A stretch of DNA of 64,000 nt from assembly GCA_039188945.1 (NCBI GenBank), contig JBCCYW010000002.1, positions 26,449-90,448 of the forward strand, given 5' to 3'. The notes under the pieces are model-generated. The model was not told the DNA's origin, did not search any database, and saw nothing but the letters and a program-made list of their open reading frames with translations. Shown piece by piece: positions 27,908 to 38,333 of this stretch; positions within the stretch are counted from its first letter, which is position 1, and each line of letters begins with the position of its first letter. The translations under genes were made by a program, and so were the position numbers. Origin of the DNA: Patescibacteria group bacterium. Lineage in GTDB: Bacteria > Patescibacteriota > Minisyncoccia > Phycocordibacterales > UBA918.

Positions 27908-30130
27908 TTGTTACTATTACTCAACATGAAACCCTACCACCAACTGTCAGACCATTTCCGAATTGATGCCCCGCACCAAAAAGCGCTCAAGCGCTTAGGA
28001 ATTAAGACAGTCGAAGATTTGCTCTACCACTTGCCTGCTCGGTATGAAGATATTACTGATGTGCAATCGGTGGCGGGTTTGGAGAAAGGTCGGGAAGCGG
28101 TAGTGTATGGGCAACTCTCGGGCTTAAAAAGCAGGAAGGCGTGGCAGAGCCGGCGGCCAATTGCCGAAGGCTATATTGAGGACGGCTCCGCCAAAATAAA
28201 AGTAATGTGGTTTAACCAGCCGTATCTGGCGAAGATGTATGTCGATGGGATGTATGTCAAAGTAGCTGGGAAAGTGACCGGTAGTGAGGGCAAGCTGTAC
28301 ATTGCTAACCCAGAAGTAGAGAAACTTGACTCTCTGCCGGTCGATCGCCACGACTCAATTTTTAAAGGGAGTAACACCGAACAAGACGACACCCTCTACC
28401 CGGTCTACCGCGAAACGAAAGGAGTGACGAGTAAGTGGTTCTATCACACAGCGTTGAAGTGCTTTGAGAAAGGTGTTTTGGAGCACTTGCACGACCCAAT
28501 TCCAGAATCAATTCTGAAAAAATACAAGCTCCCGGTCCTCTCCACTGCTCTGGTATGGATCCACTCGCCCAAAAAAGCTAGTGACGCCGAAGCGGCCCGC
28601 AAGCGCTTTGCGTTTGAAGAGGTGTTTTATATTCAAGTCCAGAAAGCGATGGAACGCGCAGCGGTAAGCGCAGCCACCACCTACCAATTTAAAACTACGA
28701 AAAGCCATGTTAAGGAATTCACCGATCGCTTCCCCTTCAAGCTCACCAAAGCCCAAAGTGACGCAGTATCGGCGATCTTGAAAGATTTCAACGGCAACCA
28801 TGCGATGGGTCGTCTCTTGGAGGGTGATGTTGGTAGCGGGAAGACGGCGGTCGCGGCGACGACTGCGTATGCCGTCGCCACGTCGCGACCGCCAGAAGGG
28901 ACAAAGAGCGCGGGGCGCTCTTTGTCGAAAGCAGACGTTGACTGGGGCAATCTGCAAGTAGCGTACATGGCTCCAACCGAAATTCTCGCCAAGCAGCACT
29001 TCGAGAGCTTCATCGAATACTTTCACCACCTCCCGATTCAAATCGGTCTCATCACTGGTTCGGGTTGTCAAAAGTTTCCGAGCAAAGTCGATCCAACCAA
29101 ACCAACCAATATCTCGAGAGCCCAACTCCTAAAGTGGGTGAAAAATGGTGAAATCCCGATTCTCATTGGTACGCACGCCCTTATCTATAAGTCGGTAGAA
29201 TTTAAGCATCTCGCGCACGTCATTATTGACGAACAGCATCGCTTTGGTACCAACCAACGCAAGGCTTTGGCCAAGAAAGATGCTCGTATGCCACACCTTC
29301 TCTCCATGACTGCCACCCCAATTCCCCGCACCCTGGCTCTTACCATTTATGGTGACCTCGACATTACCCTCCTCGATCAGATGCCGGCCGGCCGCAAACC
29401 TGTCATAACAAAAGTAATCGGCCCAGGTCAAAGTAAAGAAATGTACGAACACGTACGAGGTGAACTTGCGGCCGGCCGTCAAGCCTATGTGATTTGTCCA
29501 CGTATCGACGAGCCCGACCCAGACAAAGCTTCGGCCTTGCGATTGAAGTCGGTCAAGGCCGAAGCTAAACGTTTGCAAGAAAAAGAGTTTCAAGACTACA
29601 AAGTAGGCATTCTACACGGCAAGATGAAACCAAACGAAAAAGACAAAGTGATGGAGGAATTTAATGATCACAAGTTTGATGTGCTTGTCGCAACCAGTGT
29701 CGTCGAAGTCGGAGTGAACGTGCCAAACGCCACTAATATTATTATCGAAGGCGCCGAGCGCTTTGGTCTCTCCCAATTACACCAACTGCGCGGTCGCGTG
29801 ATTCGTGGTACCCACCAGCCATATTGTTTTGCGGTCACTGATAGTAAAAGTGAAAAAACCAAAGAACGCCTCTCAGCGCTCTCGACTGCCAAAAATGGTT
29901 TTGAACTGGCGGAACATGACCTGCAGTTCCGCGGCTCTGGCGAACTGTATGGCGCTAAGCAATCAGGCCTCACTGACCTTGGAATGGAAGCGATTAAAAA
30001 TTTGAAGTTAGTAGAAGCCGCCCGCAACGAAGCAAGGGATTTAGTGGAAGCTCACCCAGACCTCAACAAAAACTTCCCTCTCATATATGAAAAAGTTGCC
30101 AAAATCGGCGAGACGTTACATATGGAGTAA
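27908..30130 (+). CDS. recG: ATP-dependent DNA helicase RecG
   Basis: N-terminal wedge/OB domain, helicase motif I LEGDVGSGKTAVA, motif II DEQHRFG, and the C-terminal TRG motif region. Confidence 0.9.
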   Translation: MLLLLNMKPYHQLSDHFRIDAPHQKALKRLGIKTVEDLLYHLPARYEDITDVQSVAGLEKGREAVVYGQLSGLKSRKAWQSRRPIAEGYIEDGSAKIKVMWFNQPYLAKMYVDGMYVKVAGKVTGSEGKLYIANPEVEKLDSLPVDRHDSIFKGSNTEQDDTLYPVYRETKGVTSKWFYHTALKCFEKGVLEHLHDPIPESILKKYKLPVLSTALVWIHSPKKASDAEAARKRFAFEEVFYIQVQKAMERAAVSAATTYQFKTTKSHVKEFTDRFPFKLTKAQSDAVSAILKDFNGNHAMGRLLEGDVGSGKTAVAATTAYAVATSRPPEGTKSAGRSLSKADVDWGNLQVAYMAPTEILAKQHFESFIEYFHHLPIQIGLITGSGCQKFPSKVDPTKPTNISRAQLLKWVKNGEIPILIGTHALIYKSVEFKHLAHVIIDEQHRFGTNQRKALAKKDARMPHLLSMTATPIPRTLALTIYGDLDITLLDQMPAGRKPVITKVIGPGQSKEMYEHVRGELAAGRQAYVICPRIDEPDPDKASALRLKSVKAEAKRLQEKEFQDYKVGILHGKMKPNEKDKVMEEFNDHKFDVLVATSVVEVGVNVPNATNIIIEGAERFGLSQLHQLRGRVIRGTHQPYCFAVTDSKSEKTKERLSALSTAKNGFELAEHDLQFRGSGELYGAKQSGLTDLGMEAIKNLKLVEAARNEARDLVEAHPDLNKNFPLIYEKVAKIGETLHME

Positions 30131-30150
30131 TGCACGAGATTGGCCTGGTC

Positions 30151-30205
30151 GCAAAGAGCGCCAGGCCAGGTTGGGTCGGGGATATGTTCAGTCCCCGGCT
30201 TAGAT
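30151..30205 (+). terminator. Tandem hairpins downstream of recG
   Basis: ggcctggtcgcaaagagcgccaggcc then cggggatatgttcagtccccg followed by gcttagattt. Confidence 0.45.
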
Positions 30206-30526
30206 TTACTTCTCAGCTTCACAGCGATTCGCTCCCATTAAGGGTTATGAAACTGGTCAAATCCTTGAGATGAGCCTAAAAGGCTGGATCACCTCCGTTT
30301 TGTGTCGTCATGTAAAGATCGGAAATTGCGGGGGCTCAAGGCCAAAAACTCTTTGTTCAGGATGTTTTCTCCTCTTTTTTATGAGTGCCAATCGCACTCA
30401 ATTTCTTTGTACCATGGAGAAATGCAGTCGACAACCCACCCTGTGCTTAACAAAAGACAATACTGATACAGCAAGTCAACTGTTTGAGGAATAGTGCCCT
30501 GCGCGGTATAGTTTCCCCACTATCAG

Positions 30527-30575
30527 CCGCCCTTAGCTCAGTTGGTAGTAGCGCGAAGCTTACAAATGAATGAAC
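30527..30575 (+). repeat. Degenerate copy of the 5' half of tRNA-Ile, ending at the anticodon loop
   Basis: ccgcccttagctcagttggtagTagcgcgaagcttacaa versus the gene ccacccatagctcaatcggtagagcgcgaagcttatac. Similarity stops at the anticodon loop. Confidence 0.55.
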
Positions 30576-30640
30576 GAGGGTCGCGAAAGTTTACTTTGAT
30601 GACCGAGTGAATGAAATTTGTATCAAATTGAATTTTCAGT

Positions 30641-30715
30641 CCACCCATAGCTCAATCGGTAGAGCGCGAAGCTTATACCTTCGTGGTTCCAGGTTCAAGT
30701 CCTGGTGGGTGGACC
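30641..30715 (+). tRNA. tRNA-Ile (anticodon UAU)
   Basis: Hand-folded. Acceptor CCACCCA/TGGGTGG, D arm GCTC/GAGC, anticodon stem CGAAG/CTTCG with loop CTTATAC, T arm CCAGGTTCAAGTCCTGG, discriminator A and encoded CC. Confidence 0.7.
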
Positions 30716-30731
30716 GAAAATTGAATTCGAT

Positions 30732-30760
30732 ATACTTCGTGGTCGTTGGTTCGCACCACC
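30732..30760 (+). repeat. Degenerate copy of the 3' half of tRNA-Ile, starting at the anticodon loop
   Basis: tatacttcgtggtcgttggttcgcaccacc versus the gene tataccttcgtggttccaggttcaagtcctggtgg. Confidence 0.5.
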
Positions 30761-30915
30761 AGAGTATTTCCATTTTTATATTCCTATCGTCATTAAAAAT
30801 TAGGTCAATCCAACCGGGCGGACAACTTGTAGTTGTAATAAATTAATACCTCAACTGTAGCGTGGTGTGCAAGGAAACTAATGTTTTTTAAGCACCAGTT
30901 GCTATACTTACACCG

Positions 30916-32421
30916 ATGCGGATCCTTCTCAGCGGAAAATCATATTACGTCGTTGGTGCAGTTATTTTAATTGCAGTGGCTTTGGTAATGCTCTTCTCAT
31001 TAAGTAGTCGGAAGGGCGAAGAAATCGTCACCACTACCGTAGACCAAGGTGAAGTACTACAACTCGTATCAGTATCGGGTGTGGTAGAAGCTGAAAATAC
31101 GGCCGAACTAGCCTTCCCCGTGACTGGTATCGCTCGCGAAATCAATGTCCGTGAAGGTGATTTTGTGCAAGAAGGCGAAGTAATGGCCACCATTGAGCAG
31201 AGCACACTCCTAGCCGATCGGAAAGACGCTCTGGCTGCCCTTGGTTCAGCGCGGGCTGACCGTGACGAACTCATAAGTGGACCGCGCGACGAGCAGCGAG
31301 CCGTCACCAATCAAAATATTCTTATTCGAGAAAATGAACTCGAACAAACCATAACTGAAGAAGAGCAAAAAGTAGCTAACGCCCGCCGTACCTTCCTCTC
31401 ATCTAATCTCCAAGCCCGTTCGCTCGATCCAGAAGAAACCGCTACTGCGCCAACCGTGAGCGGCAGCTATAACTGTGATCAAGCGGGTGAATACATCCTG
31501 GATGCATTTTCTTCAGATGCTGAGTCTGGCTTTTCTTTCCGGCTGTCAGGACTTGGGGGCGGTACGTACCCAGCAACTACTGATCAAGCGAGCTTGTTTG
31601 GCAGCTGCGGTCTCAAACTACAATTCACGAGCGGTGATCGCTACTCAAATTCAGATTGGATTATCGAAATTCCTAATACAAAATCACCCAACTACATCGC
31701 TACTCTGAACGCTTTAGAGCTCGCCGAAGACCAAGCTACCAACAACATCCGTGACGCTGAAGAGGCTCTTAGCCTGGCTCTGCAGGAGCAGACCCTTGAA
31801 AATGCCGACCCCCGCAGTGAAGCCTTAGCGCGAGCAAATGCAGCGGTTGCCCAGGCAGAGGCTCGACTTGAACGGGTGAACGCTGAAATCGAAGACCGCA
31901 CCCTACGAGCCCCGTTTGCTGGCACGGTAACAAACGTTGATATTTTGGCTGGCGAAACAGTAAGTACCAACCCGGTCATTACACTCCTGGCTGATGACGT
32001 GTTTGAAATGACCGCGCGAATTCCAGAAATTGATATTACGAAAGTCTCAGTCGACCAACCAGCCGAGATCGTGTTTGACGCGCGAACAGAGGAGGTGCTC
32101 CCCGCACACATTAGTTTTATTTCACCCCTAGCAACCGAGATCGATGGAGTCGCTTACTACGAAGCAAAACTACAATTTGATGAACCACCGTCTTGGCTGC
32201 GCAGTGGCCTCAACGCAGATATTGATATTATTGTCGAAGAGCGCGTGAACGTAACCCGGTTGCCAAAGCGATTTGTGATTGAAGACAATGGCGTGTACTC
32301 AGTCATGGTGATGCAGGGCGAAACTAAGGCCTCTACAACTGTTGAAGTTGGAGTTGTCGGTAATGACGGCTATATCGAAGTTATCGGACTAAACGTTGGC
32401 GACATTATCGTCGCCCCGTAG
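30916..32421 (+). CDS. Periplasmic adaptor subunit (HlyD/MFP family) of an ABC-type efflux system
   Basis: N-terminal TM, biotin-lipoyl-like hairpin, long coiled coil and beta-barrel. Paralogous to 14350-15891 and carries the same inserted domain. Confidence 0.75.
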   Translation: MRILLSGKSYYVVGAVILIAVALVMLFSLSSRKGEEIVTTTVDQGEVLQLVSVSGVVEAENTAELAFPVTGIAREINVREGDFVQEGEVMATIEQSTLLADRKDALAALGSARADRDELISGPRDEQRAVTNQNILIRENELEQTITEEEQKVANARRTFLSSNLQARSLDPEETATAPTVSGSYNCDQAGEYILDAFSSDAESGFSFRLSGLGGGTYPATTDQASLFGSCGLKLQFTSGDRYSNSDWIIEIPNTKSPNYIATLNALELAEDQATNNIRDAEEALSLALQEQTLENADPRSEALARANAAVAQAEARLERVNAEIEDRTLRAPFAGTVTNVDILAGETVSTNPVITLLADDVFEMTARIPEIDITKVSVDQPAEIVFDARTEEVLPAHISFISPLATEIDGVAYYEAKLQFDEPPSWLRSGLNADIDIIVEERVNVTRLPKRFVIEDNGVYSVMVMQGETKASTTVEVGVVGNDGYIEVIGLNVGDIIVAP

Positions 32422-32422
32422 C

Positions 32423-33670
32423 ATGCAGTCGCTTCGGGTTGGCTTACTCCTTGGTTTGCGCCAAATCCAGCGCGCTAATATTTGGACCACCCTCCTGATT
32501 ATTTTTGTGATGATGCTCACGTTTCTCAACCTGATCGCCGTATCAGGTATTTTGGTAGGTCTGATTGAAGGAGCTGAACGAGCGGTCCGCGCGGAGTCAA
32601 TCGGTGACATTATTATTTCTGCCCGTGACGACGAGGACAGAATCCTTGAGACCCCAACCTTTGAGCGGCAATTGCAAGCCTTCCCCGAAATCACTGCCTA
32701 CTCAATTCGTTACGAAGACGGTGGCATTATTGAAGCTAATTACGAAGAACGTCGTGACCTTTCTGGTGAGCGTGATATCGCTTCAGTTCGGGTCACGGGT
32801 ATCGATCCTGTCCAGGAAGAATTGATGAGCAACCTTTCCAAAAGTGTGGTAGCCGGAGAATATCTAGACCCCGACGAAGAAGGTTTTATCTTGCTGGGCG
32901 CTCTCTATACTGAAGAGTACGCCGAGAACTTTGGTGATATTTTTGAAACAGTGTCTGGCGTTGAGCCAGGCGATAAAGTCCGCCTAACTTCAGGCAATAT
33001 CTCAAAAGAATTTACAGTGAAGGGAATTGTGCAATCAAAGGTCGATGAGGTCTCCCTCAACAGCTACATTCCCGAGCGTGAGTTCCGACGTGTTTTTGAA
33101 CGCTTCGACCGCAACGCTGACCAAATTGTTATTCGTGTGGTGGAGCAAGGGATGGAAGATGGGGTGAAAGCGTCACTTGTTTCGGCTGGCCTCGATGATT
33201 TTGCCAAGATTCAAACGTATGACGAAGGCAAGCCAAAGTTTATTACCGACATCAAAAACACTTTCAATATTCTTGGTACCTTTATTGGTTCGATTGGAAT
33301 TGTGGTCGCATCAATCACGATCTTTATTATCATTTTCATCAACGCGCTTTCGCGTCGGCGACAGATTGGTATCTTGAAAGGTATTGGTATCCAACGTCAG
33401 GCCATCGAGTTTGCTTACGTGATCCAAGCCGCTTTCTACGCTCTCTTTGGGTCAGCCCTCGGAGCATTTGTGACCTACGTGATCCTGATTCCGTATTTTG
33501 ATGAAAATCCAATTAAGTTCCCCTTTAGTGACGGTATCCTGGTGGCTGAGCCAGAGGGTACCTTCTATCGTTTCTTGGTACTCTTTGTGATCACTCTGCT
33601 CGCTGGACTTTTGCCAGCCTGGCTGATCGCGAAGCAGAACACCCTTAATTCCATTCTTGGACGTAAATAA
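32423..33670 (+). CDS. ABC transporter permease, FtsX/MacB-like (DevC-type)
   Basis: TM1, a large periplasmic loop, then 3 C-terminal TM helices in FtsX-like arrangement. The ATG at 32423 (2 nt after the adaptor stop) is preferred to the track start at 32396. Confidence 0.8.
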   Translation: MQSLRVGLLLGLRQIQRANIWTTLLIIFVMMLTFLNLIAVSGILVGLIEGAERAVRAESIGDIIISARDDEDRILETPTFERQLQAFPEITAYSIRYEDGGIIEANYEERRDLSGERDIASVRVTGIDPVQEELMSNLSKSVVAGEYLDPDEEGFILLGALYTEEYAENFGDIFETVSGVEPGDKVRLTSGNISKEFTVKGIVQSKVDEVSLNSYIPEREFRRVFERFDRNADQIVIRVVEQGMEDGVKASLVSAGLDDFAKIQTYDEGKPKFITDIKNTFNILGTFIGSIGIVVASITIFIIIFINALSRRRQIGILKGIGIQRQAIEFAYVIQAAFYALFGSALGAFVTYVILIPYFDENPIKFPFSDGILVAEPEGTFYRFLVLFVITLLAGLLPAWLIAKQNTLNSILGRK

Positions 33671-33675
33671 ACATC

Positions 33676-34362
33676 ATGGCAATTATTGAAGCAAAAAACA
33701 TTCACCGTCGCTTTGGAGAAGAACCGCTCGTTACCCATGTTCTTAAGGGTGTTGATGTGAGCGTTGAAGAAGGTGAATTTGTTGCCATCATGGGCAAGTC
33801 GGGAGCTGGCAAATCAACCCTCATGTATCAACTCTCAGTCCTCGATGAACCGAGTGAAGGAAGCATCACCATCAATGGTGTCACGGTGGATACTATGTCT
33901 GAAACTGAACGTACGGAATTTCGCCTCAACACTCTTGGGTATGTGTTCCAAGACTACGCCCTGGTGCCAGACCTTAACGCTGAAGAGAATGTCTTAATGC
34001 CACTCCTCATGAGTGGTGTTGACTGGGATGAATCAATCAGAATTGCTCGCGAAGCAATTGATTCCGTCGGACTTGAAGGCAAGTACCCCAACCTTCCTGG
34101 TATGCTCTCGGGGGGTGAGCAGCAGCGTGTTGCGGTCGCTCGAGCGATTGCCGGCAAGCCAAAGATTTTATTTGCGGACGAACCAACCGCCAATCTCGAT
34201 AGTGTCTCAGGGAAGCAGATTATTGAACTGATCACTTCTCTCAATCGCGACTACCAACAAACGGTTGTCATGGTGACGCATGAGCGAGAGTATGCCCTTG
34301 GGTGTGACCGGATTTTCCATATGGAAGACGGCGTTATTGTGGATGTCGAGCAATTACGATAA
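33676..34362 (+). CDS. ABC transporter ATP-binding protein (MacB/LolD-like, DevA-type)
   Basis: Walker A GKSGAGKST, Q-loop, signature LSGGEQQRVAVARA, Walker B ILFADEPT and H-loop. Confidence 0.9.
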   Translation: MAIIEAKNIHRRFGEEPLVTHVLKGVDVSVEEGEFVAIMGKSGAGKSTLMYQLSVLDEPSEGSITINGVTVDTMSETERTEFRLNTLGYVFQDYALVPDLNAEENVLMPLLMSGVDWDESIRIAREAIDSVGLEGKYPNLPGMLSGGEQQRVAVARAIAGKPKILFADEPTANLDSVSGKQIIELITSLNRDYQQTVVMVTHEREYALGCDRIFHMEDGVIVDVEQLR

Positions 34363-34410
34363 CTTTTGCTATACTAGAGCCTTAGAGGCTCATCTACAAA
34401 GGAGAACAAA

Positions 34411-34791
34411 TTGGAACCTCCTCTACTACTCGCACTCGCACCCTATTCATTCGAACCAGCTACCACTATCAGTGAAGCAAGATCAATCATACACTTCTTT
34501 AAGCACAAGTTCAGTGACTTGTATCAGGAAGAGTTATCGCCATCAGATGGCATTGTTATATTTCATGACTGGTGGTTCGCTCCCTACAGTCGAGACCAGG
34601 CTGCAAACGCAGATATGATATTTGCACTGGCAGAGTACGTCTTGTGGCGATATCAGCAAGATTTCATTCTGCCTGTCTACATGAAACAAGGAAGCGAGTA
34701 CGCGAAAAAATCTAAACACGCCTTCCATAGATACAAACCCGAACAATCGTTGTTTGGAGAAAGCTATGAACTAAAAAGAGCGGCAGCCTGA
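34411..34791 (+). CDS. Hypothetical protein
   Basis: 126 aa with an RBS upstream. No family recognised. Confidence 0.4.
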   Translation: MEPPLLLALAPYSFEPATTISEARSIIHFFKHKFSDLYQEELSPSDGIVIFHDWWFAPYSRDQAANADMIFALAEYVLWRYQQDFILPVYMKQGSEYAKKSKHAFHRYKPEQSLFGESYELKRAAA

Positions 34792-34807
34792 CGGCTGCCG
34801 CTCTCTC
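34777..34807. terminator. Bidirectional terminator
   Basis: agagcggcagccTGAcggctgccgctct. Confidence 0.55.
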
Positions 34808-34827
34808 ACGTTTATTTGTATAGGCAA

Positions 34828-35556
34828 TTATTCTTCTTGGACTTCACCTTCCTCTTCTTCAGTTTCTTCTTCTACATCTTCGCCACTCTCCTCCTCTGCT
34901 TCTTCATCAGCCAAGCGTGCGGCACGACGTTCTTCTAACTTCTCGCGTAGTTCAGCTACTCGCTCGAGAAGCGCTTCGCGCTTATCCTGAAACTCTTCTT
35001 TTACTTCTTCACGATTTTCTTGGCGCTCTTCCTTATTATCTTGGAATTGTGCCTTATGTTCTTCAATTGCTGCACGAAGATTTTCGATCCACTCCATCAT
35101 CGCCGCCTTTCGTTCTTCCTCTGAAAGGTCAGCAATACTTGCAAAGAATTCTTCCTTATTAGTTTGAAACTCTGCTTTCTTTTCTTCGCGATTTTCTTGG
35201 CGCTCTTCCTTATTATCTTGGAATTGTGCCTTACGTTCTTCAAGAGCAGCCTTCCTCTCTTCAATGACTGCTCGCAATTCGGCGATCCGTTCTAGCATCG
35301 CCTCCCGGCGGTCGCTAGTCGCATCATCCTCGTCAGATTCGTCATTCGATTCTTCTTCTGCTTCATCAGAGGAGTCAGCTTCCTCATCTGAAGTGTCGTC
35401 TTCTGATGTATCACCAGATTCATCAGTCGTTTCCTCAGTACTGGTTGCAGCATCAGTTTGCGCCTGGGTCATCACGGGGACAACCGCTACGGTCGCAATC
35501 AAAAATAAAGCTGCGAAGAAGTATAGTTGAAACATTCGTGCAATGGTGGTTTGCAT
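34828..35556 (-). CDS. Secreted acidic coiled-coil repeat protein
   Basis: Signal peptide, D/E/S-rich region, then two near-identical roughly 40-aa repeats (RKAQFQDNKEERQENREE...). Confidence 0.5.
   Translation of the reverse strand: MQTTIARMFQLYFFAALFLIATVAVVPVMTQAQTDAATSTEETTDESGDTSEDDTSDEEADSSDEAEEESNDESDEDDATSDRREAMLERIAELRAVIEERKAALEERKAQFQDNKEERQENREEKKAEFQTNKEEFFASIADLSEEERKAAMMEWIENLRAAIEEHKAQFQDNKEERQENREEVKEEFQDKREALLERVAELREKLEERRAARLADEEAEEESGEDVEEETEEEEGEVQEE
35005..35244. repeat. Two copies of a roughly 60-nt near-identical direct repeat inside the acidic-protein gene
   Basis: ttcttcRcgattttcttggcgctcttccttattatcttggaattgtgccttaYgttcttcaa at 35005-35067 and 35183-35244. Confidence 0.7.
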
Positions 35557-35681
35557 GGTGTTTTATGATTAGGCCTAATAATACTTTGTACACACGAAAG
35601 AGGTCGCCCCTCTCGGGGCGACCTCCATTACCAGATATCTTATAGCAGATACGCTATATTGAAAGATGCCTCTGTGGACAA

Positions 35682-37760
35682 CTATGTTTCAGGCTGTTTT
35701 TCTGAAGCGGGTGTCTCAAGCGCCTTTGATGGATCTCCTACTTTTTCTTCCATTTCCCGTTGCGCTTTATAGGCATCGTTAATTTCAATATTGTATTCCT
35801 TCAGCAAGGCTTCGTATTCTTCCCGTTCTAGTGTTTCTACCTCGACAAGTTTTTTAGAAATGCCTTCCAACGCATCTTTATGTTTGGTGAGAATTTCGCG
35901 CGCCTTCTCTTTCCCTTCTTCAATAATGCGAGACACCTCATCGTCAATTGCTTTAGCAACATCATCAGAGAAACCACGATCTTCGCTCACTCCCCCGCCG
36001 ATCAAGCGACCGCCTGTACCTTCAAGCGCAACCGGACCAAGCTTGCTCATACCATATTTGGTGACCATGTCGCGGGCGAGGTTTGCGACCACCTGAAGAT
36101 CATTCTGCGGCCCGGTAGAGAGGTCGCCAAAAATCATCTCCTCAGTCACGTACCCACCAAGAGTCATGGCAATGTCATCCATAAATTCATTCTTGGTGTG
36201 CATGCGCCGATCCTGGTCTGGCAGCTTGAGCGTATAGCCCGCTGCGCGACCGCGAGAAATGATCGAGATTTTCTGCACTGGGTCAGCGTACGGCAAAACA
36301 GAAGCCACCAAGGCATGACCAACTTCATGGTATGCCGTCACTTCTCGTTCATAGCGAGACAACACGTGCGTCTTTCGCTCTGGACCAAGCATCACTTTCT
36401 CAATTGAACGAATCAAGTCAAATTGCCCTACCTTCTTACGACTCTCACGTGCAGCGAGGATAGCTCCTTCGTTCATAAGCGACTGCAGGTCGGCACCTGA
36501 AAAACCTGGCGTGCGCTGGGCAATAATTTCGAGATTCACATCTTCCTGCAATGGCTTCTTGCGCGCATGGACTTCAAGAATCGATTTTCGGTCATCGCGG
36601 TCAGGGAGGTCAATCGTCACCCGACGGTCAAATCGTCCTGGTCGGAGCAAAGCTGGGTCAAGCACATCAGGGCGGTTAGTTGCCGCCATCACAATTACCT
36701 TTTCACTTGGCTCGAAGCCATCCATCTCTACGAGAATCTGGTTGAGCGTTTGCTCACGCTCATCGTTACCTCCCCCTACGCCAGTCCCACGAATACGACC
36801 GACAGCGTCGATCTCATCAACAAAAATAATGGCTGGTGCTGACTTCTTAGCCATCTGGAACAGGTCGCGCACGCGCGATGCACCCACTCCAACAAACATC
36901 TCGACAAACTCTGAACCAGAAATTGAGAAGAACGGTACGCCCGCTTCACCAGCCACTGCTCGAGCAAGCAAGGTTTTACCAGTTCCTGGTGCACCCATCA
37001 TCATCACCCCCTTTGGAATCTGTGCTCCAATATCAAGAAACTTTTTTGGATTCTTCAGGAAATCGACAATTTCTTCAAGCTCTTGTTTCGCTTCCTTAGC
37101 GCCAGCCACATCCTTGAACGTTACTTTTTGTGATTGATCATTAGGGTCAATTACCCGAGCCTTACTGTTACCAAAGTTCAAAGCTTGCATCCCGGCTCCA
37201 CGCACTGAGCGAGTGAAGAACCAAATAATGATCCCGAGAAAGATCAGCGGGAAAAGAAATGGCGCCAGCTGACCAAGCCAATACCCAAAACCAGTCTCGC
37301 GCTGCACATCGATCTTCACGGCTGCTAGCTGCTCACTGGTTACACCAAGGTTGGTGAGGGTTTCGGAAATTGCGGCATCGGTTTCTTTCTTAGCTTCGCC
37401 TTTATTCCGAGTCTCATCACCATACATAATCTCAAGCGTCGTGCCGCGTACAATAATCTCACTCACCTCCCCATCTTTCACCTGGGTCACGACTTCAGAA
37501 ATAGATAATTCTTCTGGCGGCTGTTCTTCATTGGCCAGTTCCGAAAAGATCCACGTCATCGCGATCAAAATCACTATCGTGGTGAGCATATTGTTCCAGA
37601 AGTTGCCTGGACCAAGCGGTACCTTATCCATCTTAGGCATCTTCATCCCTTTTTGCTCTTTATCTTTTTTGCTGGTGTCAGCTTTTTTTTCTTTGTTGTT
37701 TTCAACGGCGTTTTCTGGCTTTTGTTCTTCAGCCACGACCGATTTTTCTTCCTGCTGCAT
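35682..37760 (-). CDS. ftsH: ATP-dependent zinc metalloprotease FtsH
   Basis: AAA+ Walker [19 protein letters not shown], second region of homology, and zinc motif HEVGHAL. Confidence 0.9.
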   Translation of the reverse strand: MQQEEKSVVAEEQKPENAVENNKEKKADTSKKDKEQKGMKMPKMDKVPLGPGNFWNNMLTTIVILIAMTWIFSELANEEQPPEELSISEVVTQVKDGEVSEIIVRGTTLEIMYGDETRNKGEAKKETDAAISETLTNLGVTSEQLAAVKIDVQRETGFGYWLGQLAPFLFPLIFLGIIIWFFTRSVRGAGMQALNFGNSKARVIDPNDQSQKVTFKDVAGAKEAKQELEEIVDFLKNPKKFLDIGAQIPKGVMMMGAPGTGKTLLARAVAGEAGVPFFSISGSEFVEMFVGVGASRVRDLFQMAKKSAPAIIFVDEIDAVGRIRGTGVGGGNDEREQTLNQILVEMDGFEPSEKVIVMAATNRPDVLDPALLRPGRFDRRVTIDLPDRDDRKSILEVHARKKPLQEDVNLEIIAQRTPGFSGADLQSLMNEGAILAARESRKKVGQFDLIRSIEKVMLGPERKTHVLSRYEREVTAYHEVGHALVASVLPYADPVQKISIISRGRAAGYTLKLPDQDRRMHTKNEFMDDIAMTLGGYVTEEMIFGDLSTGPQNDLQVVANLARDMVTKYGMSKLGPVALEGTGGRLIGGGVSEDRGFSDDVAKAIDDEVSRIIEEGKEKAREILTKHKDALEGISKKLVEVETLEREEYEALLKEYNIEINDAYKAQREMEEKVGDPSKALETPASEKQPET

Positions 37761-37830
37761 AGTGGCGCCATTATACAGAAATAAGGCTAATTAGCGAGTT
37801 TTTTGCTATAGTTGGCGGTACTATTTTCCT

Positions 37831-38277
37831 ATGAGTGATTTAGCCCGTAACCGCAAAGCCACGTTTGATTACGAAATTCTCGACACCTTCGAGGCTGGTT
37901 TGGTATTAACCGGCCATGAAGTCAAAGCAATTCGCAATGGCAAGCTTAAACTAGAAGGTTCACACGTGGTAGTTCGGGGCGGTGAGGTGTTTTTGGTCGG
38001 TACAAATATCGCTCCCTACCAACCCGCCAACGCTCCCAAAGACTACGACCCTGAACGCACCATCACCCTTCTCCTCAATCACAAAGAAGTGGCTCAACTA
38101 GAAGCTAAAAGCGAACAACGTGGCTTGACAATAGCACCAATTCGTTGTTATAATAAAGCCGGAAAAATCAAGCTTGAAATCGCTATCGTGCGTGGTAAAA
38201 AGAAGCAAGATAAGCGCGAAACGATCAAGGCACGCGATGTCAAACGCGACATCGAACGAACGTTAAAAAATCAATAG
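37831..38277 (+). CDS. smpB: SsrA-binding protein SmpB
   Basis: KATFDYEILDTFEAGLVLTGHEVKAIR and a basic C-terminal tail. tmRNA lies 1 kb downstream. Confidence 0.9.
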   Translation: MSDLARNRKATFDYEILDTFEAGLVLTGHEVKAIRNGKLKLEGSHVVVRGGEVFLVGTNIAPYQPANAPKDYDPERTITLLLNHKEVAQLEAKSEQRGLTIAPIRCYNKAGKIKLEIAIVRGKKKQDKRETIKARDVKRDIERTLKNQ

Positions 38278-38333
38278 TGAGTGGTTGCTAGGTGGAGCAA
38301 TAGTGCTACACCTAGCAACAGAGAGGGACAACC

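Noticed and set aside
36511-37137. Long plus-strand ORFs inside ftsH (and similar antisense ORFs inside the RND permease, RecG, the PQQ dehydrogenase and pil genes)
   Set aside because: They sit entirely antisense to strongly supported genes, with low-complexity Ser/Arg-rich translations. Typical shadow ORFs.
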